Positions 40,430 to 49,442 of a DNA stretch of 64,000 nt are shown one piece after another. This DNA is from an uncultured Alphaproteobacteria bacterium (lineage in GTDB: Bacteria > Pseudomonadota > Alphaproteobacteria > Rhizobiales > Xanthobacteraceae): positions 25,609-89,608 of the forward strand of contig CAVRFL010000018.1 in the NCBI GenBank assembly GCA_963720385.1, in the 5' to 3' direction. The notes under the pieces were generated by a model. The model had not been told where the DNA came from and made no database searches. It saw nothing but the letters and a program-made list of their open reading frames with translations. Every line of letters starts with the position of its first letter. The first letter of the stretch is position 1. The position numbers and the translations under genes were made by a program.

Positions 40430-40613
40430 CCCATCTCGATTGCGGACGGCGTCAAAGCGTCGCTATGAACATGGGCGGCGGTCATCGATGTAGTCCCTTC
40501 CCTGTTGCGGCCCCTTGAAAGGGCCGGCGGTTCGGGCTACATCGGTCGCTTGCCAGCGATCGAGCAGCCCTTATGAAACGCCCCGGTCCACGGAAACGTG
40601 GCCGGGGCTTTTG

Positions 40614-40823
40614 CTAGGATTTCCTCTTCGCGACGCTCAACATCAACGCATCGCGCAAACGCATGCCGAGCCGACGCGGGCTGAGGTCAACGATCTTGTC
40701 GCGGTGGTGCCGCTTTAACGAATTTGGCGAAAGGCTGGAGATCTTCTCAGCTTCCTGAAGGGAAATAATCCGGTCCAGCTCTCGCTCGGGCGGAAGTTTA
40801 AAGTCATCATCGGCGGTCGACAT
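40614..40823 (-). CDS. AlpA/excisionase-like HTH DNA-binding protein (intact)
   Basis: 69 aa: ...ISLQEAEKISSLSPNSLKRHHRDKIVDLSPRRLGMRLRDAL. A hairpin (GCCCCGG.CCACG-GAAA-CGTGGCCGGGGC) lies immediately downstream. Confidence 0.55.
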   Translation of the reverse strand: MSTADDDFKLPPERELDRIISLQEAEKISSLSPNSLKRHHRDKIVDLSPRRLGMRLRDALMLSVAKRKS

Positions 40824-40927
40824 GGTGGCCTTCTCCGCAACTGAAGCACGGCGTGCTCAGTGCGCAGAAGACAGCACCACGGGACGCATATGCGAAACGC
40901 ACATTTGTGCGTTCTGATGTGCGTCGT

Positions 40928-41530
40928 TTATTTAATGGAAGCTGCCGGCCAAAGACCCCACTCACGGAGCCCGTTTTCAATACTTCTCGGCTTGAGCGGG
41001 CGGATGGAGGCGTCGGCATCGGCGGCCGTTTCCATCCGTTGTGCAAGCTCCCTCGAAAAATCCGTGATTCGGAGTGGAACCTCGCCGCCTTCTTCATCCG
41101 GCGCGCCTCTTCCGCAATCCATCGTTTCCGCCGGGGCTGGCTGCCTGTTCTCCTGGCTCTTCTGACAGCAGCGCCAGCACCTGTGTGCGCGATACCTCGA
41201 TCCTATAGGCCGCGGTGTCGCCGACCACGCTGCAGCTGCTCGCCCAGTCCCAGTTGATTGTGGGAAGGGTGCGCCAGAAAGCGGGGTCACCCTCGTCATA
41301 CGCACGCTCCGGAATGCAGGGGTAGCAAGACTGCATCGCCCGGCTTCGGCGGCGTCGCATACCCACCCCCGATCGCGCGGCAGGACCACTGCACGCGCCC
41401 CTCGCCAAGCCATTTCACCAGCAGTCTCTCAGCCAGCTCTGATGACCCGTAGGCCTCAACGACGAGCGCTCTTGGCGCTCGCGCAGTGAGAATCTCGTCC
41501 GTGATAGCGTTGTGCGTCAGCCTTCGCCAT
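40928..41530 (-). pseudogene. hypothetical island gene, frameshifted
   Basis: ATG at 41530 follows GGAGGAA. The reading continues through three frames (...NAITDEILTARAPRALVVEAYGSSELAERLLVKWLGEGRVQWSCRAIGGG..., CYPCIPERAYDEGDPAFWRTLPTINWDWASS..., ...ITDFSRELAQRMETAADAD...). Confidence 0.35.
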
Positions 41531-41634
41531 GGCTTCCTCCGTGGCGTGGTCAGGTCGATCAGGGCGTTGAACCCGCCCTGGTCGGCCGTTTGTCTCAGCG
41601 TCGCTTGTGCAGCTTCGCGATCGTATCCGGCTTC

Positions 41635-42830
41635 TTACCGCTCACCAGCCAGATCAATGTGATCGGCCCAGCGTTGCAGGGCGCGGCGGCGCTCGTCGAG
41701 ATACAGAGCCTTGTTGTAGACGCCGGCGACACCGCCACGGTGCCCGCCGACGTGACCAAGCGTTGCCTCAACAACGTGCGGCGATACGCCAAAACGTTCA
41801 TGCAAGGCGGTGCTGAGGCTGCGCCTGAAATCATGCAGGGTCCAATCGAGCGCCTTACCCTTGCGCGCTTCGGCGATGCGCGCATCGAGGTCGGCCTTGC
41901 TGCCCGACCAGTCCTGCCAGCCACGGCTGCCCGTGACCAAAGATCAGATCGCGGGGGGTGCCGTCTGACTGCAGTCGGCGCGGCTGTGCGGCCAGGATTT
42001 CAACGTGCCTGCTTCGACAGTGAGATCACATGCTCGCGGCGGTTTTTCGTCCGCGCTGGCGGCAATGTGATGGTTGCGGCGTCCAGGTCGACCTCGCTCC
42101 AGGACAGTGACGCAATCTCGTCACGGCGCGCGCCGCTCAGCATCAGCAACCTGACGATCGCGCCATATTGTCCATCTTCCGAGCGCGCGCCATATCGTGG
42201 CCAGCTCGTCGTCGGCCAGGACGCGCTCACGTGCGCCGTTCTCGATTGCCTTGTTGGTGTAAGCGACGGGGTTGGCGTCGACATAGCCCTCACGCGCGGC
42301 CCACGAGAAGAACGCGGACAGCGACCCGCGAATCCGGTTGCTGGCGGCGGGCCCGCTCGCCTTTGCGATCTCGGCGAGGCGGACTGCAATGGCGCGGCGG
42401 TCGATCGCCGCAACCGGGAGCCCGTGCAGCGGCCGCGCATGATCCGCCAGATGGCGCTCGAGCCTCTTCGAAGGACCGCGGTTTGAGGCGCGCCCGCTGG
42501 CGCTCCAGGAATTGCGGCAGCAGCGCGCTCAACGTCTCGGCAGCCTTGGCGCGGGCGGTAATCTTCTCGCCGGCAGGATCACGACCGAGTCGGACCTGAG
42601 CAAGCAGAACCTTGGCCGCCTCGCGCGCCTTGCCGGGGTCGACCGTGGCGACCGATCCGAGCGCTATGCGGCGGGTCTTGCCGGCGATGGCATACTGCAC
42701 CAGCCAGGTCTTTGCGCCGGTGTCGCGCGCGCGCACGCCGAAGCCCGGCAGCTCGGCGTCGAAGAAGATGTGATCGGCCTTGCCGCGCAGGCAGGGCCAA
42801 TGTGCGGATCGTTGTTGCCGTCAGTCGCAT
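41635..42830 (-). pseudogene. P4-type tyrosine integrase (DUF4102 arm-binding N-domain plus catalytic domain), with at least 4 frameshifts
   Basis: MRLTATTIRTLALPA, GKADHIFFDAELPGFGVRARDTGAKTWLVQYAIAGKTRRIALG, AIDRRAIAVRLAEIAKASGPAASNRIRGSLSAFFSWA, GQYGAIVRLLMLSGARRDEIASLSWSEVDL and WTLHDFRRSLSTALHERFGVSPHVVEATLGHVGGHRGGVAGVYNKALY, spread over three frames. Confidence 0.8.
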
Positions 42831-42845
42831 CGCCCACCTCTGTTC

Positions 42846-42865
42846 TGGGCACACCATGGGCACAT
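42846..42865. promoter_or_regulatory. candidate arm-type sites near attR (TGGGCACAC + TGGGCACAT)
   Basis: TGGGCACACCATGGGCACAT compares with TGGGCACATCATGGGCACAT at 32051-32070. It lies just upstream of the integrase start. Confidence 0.4.
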
Positions 42866-42984
42866 TTGCTGTGCTGCCTCGTGCCCGTCGTGCTGGCCAT
42901 AGACTGATGGTTTACAGCCATGAATCGATAGCTTGGCAAGCTCCTGCGGCCTGCTGCGTTCTTGTGCGCTTGTGAAAGATCACC

Positions 42985-43029
42985 CTGGGGGACTGGGGGT
43001 CGCGAGTTCGAATCTCGCCGCTCCGACCA
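42985..43029 (+). repeat. attR core: displaced 3' 45 nt of tRNA-Pro with a canonical T-stem
   Basis: CTGGGGGACTGGGGGTCGCGAGTTCGAATCTCGCCGCTCCGACCA. The C at 43003 restores C50:G64 pairing. Confidence 0.85.
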
Positions 43030-43135
43030 TTGTTCCCCAATAAAAACAGGTATTTCCTTCAGCGCCGCCCGGCGGCCCACACCGCTTTTGCAAACCGTTT
43101 GCACAAAATTGTTCGCTGGATATTTGCCGAACCTA

Positions 43136-43976
43136 GGGCCTGTGTTCAGTTGAGTAGGATCATAGCGCAGGCGATTTGGACCCCGGCGAGGAAATTTCTG
43201 GCGAGTTTGTCGTAGCGGGTGGCGATGGCCCGAAAGTGCTTGAGCTTGTTGAAGAAGCGCTCGACGAGATTGCGTTCGCAGTAGAGTGCGAAGTCGCAAT
43301 CCCGCGGGGTCTTGCGGTTAGCCTTTGGGGGAATCACAGGGGTGATCTCGCGCCGATTGAGCGTGTTGATCAGCGGATCGGCATCGTAAGCCTTGTCGCC
43401 GATCAAGGCCTCCGGATCGGCGCTATCGATCAACGGCTCCGCGCAAGCCAGATCGTGGGCTTGCCCTGGCGTGAGCATGACATCGACAGGATTGCCGAGC
43501 GCATCGACCAGGACGTGAATTTTGGTGGTCAGTCCGCCGCGCGATCGACCGATCGCTTGCGCGCCGTTTTTTTTCGTGCGCCGACGCTGTGCTGGTGAGC
43601 GCGCACGATGGTGGCATCGATCATCATATATTCGTTGTCGTGATCACTCGCCAACAGCTTGAAAATGCGCTCGAAAACTCCACTCTTCGCCCATCGGCCA
43701 AAGCGCTGATGGACGATCTTCCAATCACCAAAGCGTTCCGGCAGATCGCGCCAGGGAATGCCGGCTCGGTATCGGTACAGAACAGCTTCGACGAACAGCC
43801 GATTGTCCGCCGCAGTGCCTCCCACATGGCCTTCGCGACCGGGCAGAGAATCCTTGATCCGGTCCCACTGGTCGTCGCGTAATGCATAGCGTCGCATCGG
43901 TCGGCCCCTCCTCAGGCCGACCGCCCATGAATCACCCAATTGCTGATTTGGGAATCCCCTAACTGAAGACAGGCCC
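43136..43976 (-). mobile_element. IS5-family (IS427-group-like) insertion sequence, copy 2, inverted relative to copy 1
   Basis: 841 bp with the same IRs and flanked by CTA..TAG. The only difference I found from copy 1 is 43638 T versus the complement of 18549 C (Ala/Asp change in OrfA). Confidence 0.9.
43146..43897 (-). CDS. IS5-family transposase OrfAB (T8/A8 slippery run at 43567-43574)
   Basis: Translations are identical to copy 1 except ASDHDNEY versus ASDHANEY. Confidence 0.85.
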
Positions 43977-44061
43977 TAGTTGCATGAGTTGATTCTGATA
44001 CCGTCATCCGCGATTCGTTCCTGCGCACGCGAAGCCTAGATCCCCGCACGGGAGGCTTCCC

Positions 44062-44205
44062 ATGAAATCGGCCGAGCGACAATTCCGGCTGGCGCTTACC
44101 GCGCCTTTCGTGCTGCTCGCAATCATCTTCGATTGGGCGTCGGGAATGATGCACGGCGCCGCCGATTGGCTGGCTCCGAAGGACACCGCCAACGGCGCGC
44201 GCTGA
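44062..44205 (+). CDS. 47-aa small membrane protein
   Basis: GGGAGG RBS 6 nt upstream. MKSAERQFRLALTAPFVLLAIIFDWASGMMHGAADWLAPKDTANGAR; below the track's length cutoff. Confidence 0.35.
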   Translation: MKSAERQFRLALTAPFVLLAIIFDWASGMMHGAADWLAPKDTANGAR

Positions 44206-44247
44206 CGGCGCCTTCTGGGGCGGCTCAGGCGGATTGAGAACCGTCGC

Positions 44248-45270
44248 CTACTGCATCACCTCCGCGAACCGTTTCCGGATGCGGGGGCTTTCCGCTTCGA
44301 TGTAGTCATAGTCGATCGGATACATCTTGATCGAAGAGAGCGGCGGATAGCCCTCCGGACCCGGCACGTCGGTGCGCGCGGAATAGAGGAATTCGTGCGG
44401 GAACAGCTCCTGCACGGTGCGGCTGAGCATGAAATCGGCGAACGCCTTGGCCGCGTTCGGATTGGGCGACCCTTTGACGACGGAGCTCGGCGACGCGATC
44501 ACGAAGGTGCCGTCCTCCGGATAGAGCGTCGAGATCTTCATGCCTTGCTTGCGGCCCTCGCCGACATAGGCCGCGTCGGCGCCGACCGCGATGATCCGCT
44601 CGCCGCGCTTGATCATGTCGGAGACCTGCTGGTTGCTCTGCACCATCATGATGTCGTTCTTGCGCAGCCCTTCGAAATATTTCCAGCCATTCGCGTGCGC
44701 CAGCGTGCCGGTGATCACCACCAGCAGCGATGAGAACGACGGGTCCGCCATCACCATCTTGCCCTTGTATTTCGGATTGAGCAGGTCGGTCCAGGTCTTC
44801 GGGCGCTCGGCCGCCGGCAGGAGATCGTCGCGGACGTACATCGCCATGACGTTGAGACGCTGCGCGACATGGTTGCCGTTCGGGTCTTTCACCGCATCCG
44901 GCACCTTGTCGAAGTCCGTCGCCTTGAACGGAACGAACACGCCCTTTTTGGTCATCGCGCTGGCGGCGGCCGGCTCGGAATGGGTCAGCACGTCGACGAA
45001 CACCTTGCCGCTGTCGGCCTCCTGCTGGAAACGGCGCAGGATGTTGGAGCCACCGGAGCGGAACAATTCCACCTTGATGCCGGTTGCCTGCTCGAACATG
45101 TTTGCGACCTTCTGCGCGGTCGCGACAGGCACCGAGCAATACCAGACCACCTTGCCTTCCTTCTTGGCCGCCGCCATGTCGACCACGTCGGCGGCCAGCG
45201 CGGGCCGCACGCCGCCCGCGAGCGCCAGTGCGGTTCCGGCGAGAAACGTGCGGCGGCTGAGCGTATCCAT
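44248..45270 (-). CDS. ABC-transporter periplasmic substrate-binding protein (family 1, Fe3+/AfuA-like) with a Tat-type signal
   Basis: MDTLSRRTFLAGTALALAG... then the SBP_bac_1/6-like pattern (KVVWYCS...ELFRSGGS...). No permease or ATPase gene is adjacent. Confidence 0.75.
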   Translation of the reverse strand: MDTLSRRTFLAGTALALAGGVRPALAADVVDMAAAKKEGKVVWYCSVPVATAQKVANMFEQATGIKVELFRSGGSNILRRFQQEADSGKVFVDVLTHSEPAAASAMTKKGVFVPFKATDFDKVPDAVKDPNGNHVAQRLNVMAMYVRDDLLPAAERPKTWTDLLNPKYKGKMVMADPSFSSLLVVITGTLAHANGWKYFEGLRKNDIMMVQSNQQVSDMIKRGERIIAVGADAAYVGEGRKQGMKISTLYPEDGTFVIASPSSVVKGSPNPNAAKAFADFMLSRTVQELFPHEFLYSARTDVPGPEGYPPLSSIKMYPIDYDYIEAESPRIRKRFAEVMQ

Positions 45271-45515
45271 GTCCCGGTCTCCATGTTCCGAACCGCCGGC
45301 ACGTCCGACCGGCGCGTTGTTGCCAATCTAGCCGTCCGGCGAAGCTCCGGGCAACGCCGCATTGACGCACCCGGCGCAGGCCTCGTCGCCTTCGCAGCAC
45401 CGCGCCGCGGGCCTTGTGCATCCGGCGAAATCGCTCCAAGAGTAGCCCGACTTCAATACGGTTTTGGCCGATTTTCCGTCAATATGCCGCATCACAAAAC
45501 GTCAGGGATCACACG

Positions 45516-46499
45516 ATGAAATACCGCGTGCTTGGAAAGGACTTCCGCGTTTCTGCGATCGGGCTGGGATGCTCGGGCATGAGCGCCGATTACGGCGTTC
45601 CCGACGACGTGGAATCGATCGCGACTATTCATCGCGCCACCGAACTCGGGATCACCCTGCTCGATACATCGGATGCCTATGCGGCCGGCGTCAACGAGCA
45701 GCTGGTCGGCCAGGCGGTGCAGGGGCGGCGCGACAAATATTTCATCGCCAGCAAATTCGGAAATATCCGCGGTCCCGGCGGCCAGCGCGGCGGCGTCAAC
45801 GGCAGGCCCGACTACGTGCCGGTGGCTTGCGAGGCGAGCCTCAAGCGGCTGGGCATCGACCACATCGACCTCTACTACGCGCACCGCATAGATCCCAACG
45901 TGCCGATCGAGGACACGGTCGGCGCGATGGCGCGCCTGATCGAGCAGGGCAAGGTACGTTATCTCGGACTGTGCGAGGCCGGTGCCAACACGCTCCGGCG
46001 CGCCCACAGGACCCATCCGCTGGCGGCGTTGCAAACCGAATATTCGCTGTGGACGCGCGACATCGAAGCGGAGATTTTGCCGACGCTGCGTGAATTGGGG
46101 ATCGGTCTGGTTCCCTACTCGCCGATCGGCCGCGGCTTCCTCAGCGGCACGTTCCAGAAGCGCAGCGACCTGATCGAAGCCGACCGCAGGCACGCGCATC
46201 CGCGCTTCCAGGAAGGAAACTTCGAACAGAACCTTAGTCTGCTGGGACCGCTCAAGGCGATCGCCGACAAGAAGGGCTGCACCATGGCGCAGGTCGCCAT
46301 TGCCTGGCTACTGGCGCAGGGCGACGGCATCGTACCGATCCCCGGCACCAAGCGCCGGAAATATCTCGAACAGAACGCCGCCGCCGTCGACCTGACGCTG
46401 TCCGAAGCCGACGTCCGCGCACTCGCGGACGCGTTCCCGCCGCAAGCCGCCTCCGGGCTGCGCTACCCGGAATTCCAGCTCAAGATGATGGGCATCTGA
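45516..46499 (+). CDS. aldo/keto reductase
   Basis: [23 protein letters not shown]...LLDTSDAYA...[11 protein letters not shown]...LGLCEA. ATG at 45516. Confidence 0.9.
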   Translation: MKYRVLGKDFRVSAIGLGCSGMSADYGVPDDVESIATIHRATELGITLLDTSDAYAAGVNEQLVGQAVQGRRDKYFIASKFGNIRGPGGQRGGVNGRPDYVPVACEASLKRLGIDHIDLYYAHRIDPNVPIEDTVGAMARLIEQGKVRYLGLCEAGANTLRRAHRTHPLAALQTEYSLWTRDIEAEILPTLRELGIGLVPYSPIGRGFLSGTFQKRSDLIEADRRHAHPRFQEGNFEQNLSLLGPLKAIADKKGCTMAQVAIAWLLAQGDGIVPIPGTKRRKYLEQNAAAVDLTLSEADVRALADAFPPQAASGLRYPEFQLKMMGI

Positions 46500-46514
46500 C
46501 GGCGAACGCACGCC

Positions 46515-46587
46515 GTAGCCCGGGTTGAGCGAAAGCGAAACCCGGGATCGATTGCCCCGCATTTCGCTGACGCTCAATGCGGGCTAC
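46515..46587. repeat. REP-like intergenic palindrome (GTAGCCCGG...CCGGGCTAC type)
   Basis: GTAGCCCGGGTTGAGCG pairs with CGCTCAATGCGGGCTAC. There is an inner hairpin CCCGGGTT-N12-AACCCGGG. Confidence 0.7.
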
Positions 46588-46591
46588 GGCC

Positions 46592-48877
46592 TCACGACTG
46601 CTGCTGGCGCGCGTCCTGGATCAGCTGCCAGATCCTTGACGGCGTGAGCGGGAGGACGCGCGGCTCGACCCCCAGCGACGACAGCGCCGCCGCGACCGCG
46701 TTCGACAGCGCGCCGCCAACCGGGATGATGCCGCCCTCGCCCGCGCCCTTGGCGCCGAGCGGATTGTTCGGCGACGGATGCGCTTCGAGCGACACCGCGC
46801 GCAGTTTTGGATAGTCGGTCGCGAGCGGCACCAGGTAGTCGGCGAGCGATCCGACCAGGAGCTGGCCGTGCTCGTCGTAGGCGATCTCCTCGGTGAACAC
46901 GCTGCCGAGCCCCTGCACCGCCGCGCCGATCACCTGGCCGTGCAACGTCTCGGGGTTGATGATGCGGCCGACGTCGTCCACCACGACGTAATCGAGCACC
47001 TCGACGCCGCCGGTGCGCGGGTCGACGGCGACATGGGCGATGGCGGTGCCGTAGGTGTAGGTGGCTTTTGAGTTGTCGAACTTGCCATCGGCGGACAGCC
47101 CCGCCAGCTCCGCCGGCGTCACGCGGCGACCGTCCGGCGCCACGGCGGTGCCCTCGTGCAAAGTAACGGCGTCCGCCGCGACGCCAAGCCGCGCGCCCGC
47201 CGCCGCCCGGATCGTGTCGAGGAGCGCAGCGGCCGTCCGCACGATCGCGCTGCCGCCCATCACCGTGGCGCGCGAGCCATAGGAGCCGTAGCCTTCGGGC
47301 AGATAGGTCGTGGAACCGTGATAGACCCTGACCCGCTCGATCGGCACTTCGAGCGCGTCGGAAGCGATCTGCGCCATCACCGTCTCAACGCCCTGCCCCA
47401 CGCTCGAGGAGCCCACATAGACCGCGAACGAGCCGTCGCGTTCGACCGCGATGCGCGCGTTCTCGCGCGGACCCGACGCGCCGCCCTCGATGAAGCAGGC
47501 GATTCCGAGGCCGTGATAGCGGCCATCGACGAGCTTGCCGTTGAGCGCCGCCTTGTCGCTCCAGCCGGCGTCCGCGACGCAGCGCTCGAACGTGCTCGCA
47601 TAATCGCCGCTGTCGCAGGCGGTGTCGCCGAAGCCGTCGTTGGGCCGTACCAGCGCCAGCGGATAAGGCATCTCGGACAGCGCGATGAGATTGCGCCGGC
47701 GGATCTCGAGCCGGTCGAGACCGAGGTCCTTCGCGGCCATGTCCAAAAGCCGTTCTATGAAGAAGCAGCCCTCGAACCGGCCCGGGCCGCGATAGGTGCC
47801 GGACGGCGTTTTGTTGGTCACCATCGCGTGCGACTTCAGGTGCAGGTTCGCAATCCGATACGGGCCCGATGTGAACTGCGCGACGTTGCGTACCGGCGTC
47901 ATGCCGTTGGGCCGCACATAAGCGCCGATGTCGATCCAGATATCGCCGCGCAGCCCAATGATCGTTCCGGCTTGGTCGAGCGCAATCTCGAGATCGCATT
48001 CGGTCTCGCGCGAATGCGCGATCGCCATGAAATGCTCGCGGCGGTCCTCGACCCATTTCACCGGCCGGCCGTATTTGCGGGCGGCGAAGCCAATCAGAAA
48101 ATCCTCCGGGTAGAATTCGCCGCGCGCGCCGAAGCCGCCGCCGACGTCGTATTCGACGTAGTCGACCGCGTCCTCCGGAAGATTCATCATTGCCGCCATG
48201 GCGCGGCGGTTGAAGAACGGCAGCTTGGCCGCGCCCGCAACGCTCAGTCGCCCGGCCGCGGCGTCCCACTCCGCCAGCAGGCCGCGCGTCTCCATGGTCA
48301 TGGCGGTCATCCGCTGCACGCGGAATTGCTCGCGGCGGGTATAGGCGGCCTTGCGGAAAGCGGCATCGACATCGCCGGCATTGGCGATGAACACCGCGGC
48401 GCAATTGCTCACCGTGCCGGCGATCAGCAACGTCTCTCCGCGCACGGACGCCCGCCGGTCGGCCACCGGCGGGAGGTGTTCGATGTCGAGCGTGACCGCC
48501 TGCGCCGCGTCCTCGGCGCGTTCGGCGCTGTCGGCGAGGACAACCACGACCGGTTCGCCGACATAACGCACCACATCATCGGCCAGCACCGGCTGCGCGT
48601 AGGGCACGATCATCGGGTTCGGCCGCCGGAACGGGATGGTCGGAATCGGACGCCCGACGTCCTGCGCGGCGATGACGGCGTGCACACCCGGCATCGCCAA
48701 GGCCGCGGCGGTGTCGATCGACCGGAGCCGCCCATGCGCCACCGGGCTGCGCACGATCGCGGCATGCGACTGTCCCGGCCTTGCAAGATCGTCCACGTAT
48801 TGCCCGCGGCCGCACAGGAAACGGAGGTCCTCGACCCGTTCGACCGGGGCGCCAATGAAGGTGTTGACGTTTCTCAT
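46592..48877 (-). CDS. xanthine dehydrogenase/CoxL-family molybdopterin-binding large subunit
   Basis: 761 aa from the ATG at 48877 (MRNVNTFIGAPVERVEDLRFLCGRGQYVDD...GAKGAGEGGIIP). No [2Fe-2S] or FAD subunit genes are adjacent. Confidence 0.9.
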   Translation of the reverse strand: MRNVNTFIGAPVERVEDLRFLCGRGQYVDDLARPGQSHAAIVRSPVAHGRLRSIDTAAALAMPGVHAVIAAQDVGRPIPTIPFRRPNPMIVPYAQPVLADDVVRYVGEPVVVVLADSAERAEDAAQAVTLDIEHLPPVADRRASVRGETLLIAGTVSNCAAVFIANAGDVDAAFRKAAYTRREQFRVQRMTAMTMETRGLLAEWDAAAGRLSVAGAAKLPFFNRRAMAAMMNLPEDAVDYVEYDVGGGFGARGEFYPEDFLIGFAARKYGRPVKWVEDRREHFMAIAHSRETECDLEIALDQAGTIIGLRGDIWIDIGAYVRPNGMTPVRNVAQFTSGPYRIANLHLKSHAMVTNKTPSGTYRGPGRFEGCFFIERLLDMAAKDLGLDRLEIRRRNLIALSEMPYPLALVRPNDGFGDTACDSGDYASTFERCVADAGWSDKAALNGKLVDGRYHGLGIACFIEGGASGPRENARIAVERDGSFAVYVGSSSVGQGVETVMAQIASDALEVPIERVRVYHGSTTYLPEGYGSYGSRATVMGGSAIVRTAAALLDTIRAAAGARLGVAADAVTLHEGTAVAPDGRRVTPAELAGLSADGKFDNSKATYTYGTAIAHVAVDPRTGGVEVLDYVVVDDVGRIINPETLHGQVIGAAVQGLGSVFTEEIAYDEHGQLLVGSLADYLVPLATDYPKLRAVSLEAHPSPNNPLGAKGAGEGGIIPVGGALSNAVAAALSSLGVEPRVLPLTPSRIWQLIQDARQQQS

Positions 48878-49052
48878 GAGAGCTGTGGGACGCTTGCAGG
48901 CCGCATCGCCGCGGCTTCGATAATCCGGACTGGGAACCGGACCATATTGCCCTGATGGCGGTTTTCCAACCGGCGTCCTTGTGGAGACGCCAAATACGTC
49001 TAAGCTGGCGGATGTTTCATAAGATAAGCAAAACCAAAAGGGAGGCGGCGCT

Positions 49053-49403
49053 ATGAAACGCGGTATCACGCTAACGGCGCTCTTGCTGGCCGGTCTGGCG
49101 CAAGGCGCGTCGGCGGCGGAAGTCCAGCTCAATCAAACACAGACGTTGGGCCGGCGATTGGTCGACCAGCATTGCGGTGTCTGCCACACCCGACCGACAT
49201 TGGTCTCCGGCATGTATGGCCCTGAACTATCGCGCGAGACCGCCGGCGGGCGCGAGGAGGTCGTGCGCGAGGTCGTCGCCAATGGCACGCCGCGCATGCC
49301 CGGCTTCAAATACATGCTCAACACCGACCAGATCGCCGCCATCGCCGCCTATCTGGCGGTGCTGCCGCCCGGGCATCAGGTCGTGGACCTGCCGGCGAAG
49401 TAA
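49053..49403 (+). CDS. class I c-type cytochrome, secreted
   Basis: Signal peptide, CGVCH heme motif and a distal Met (PRMPGF). Confidence 0.85.
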   Translation: MKRGITLTALLLAGLAQGASAAEVQLNQTQTLGRRLVDQHCGVCHTRPTLVSGMYGPELSRETAGGREEVVREVVANGTPRMPGFKYMLNTDQIAAIAAYLAVLPPGHQVVDLPAK

Positions 49404-49442
49404 CCGCGTTCGCAAGATCAAGAATCCTTCGGGAGATACGCC

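Larger units (their letters stand above)
31949..43029. mobile_element. ~11-kb integrated element (degraded prophage/phage-satellite-like island) at tRNA-Pro
   Basis: Bounded by a 45-bp direct repeat of the tRNA 3' end. It contains integrase, AlpA-like, PrimPol-helicase, HK97 capsid and VRR-NUC homologs, most of them frameshifted. Confidence 0.85.

Noticed and set aside
42664-43299. 211-aa ORF spanning attR and the IS end.
   Set aside because: Its first half is the same alternative-frame read of the IS seen in copy 1 (18888..19136), and it crosses the tRNA fragment. It is not a real gene.
18211-43976. An IS-mediated inversion has already occurred, or the two IS copies form a composite transposon.
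   Set aside because: Both flanks of copy 1 are matching halves of the CTAG palindromic elements and rejoin as CACTAGTG, so its flanks belong together. The TA duplications are uninformative because the target is always CTAG. The intervening 24 kb contains essential core genes (rplM, rpsI, tRNA-Pro).
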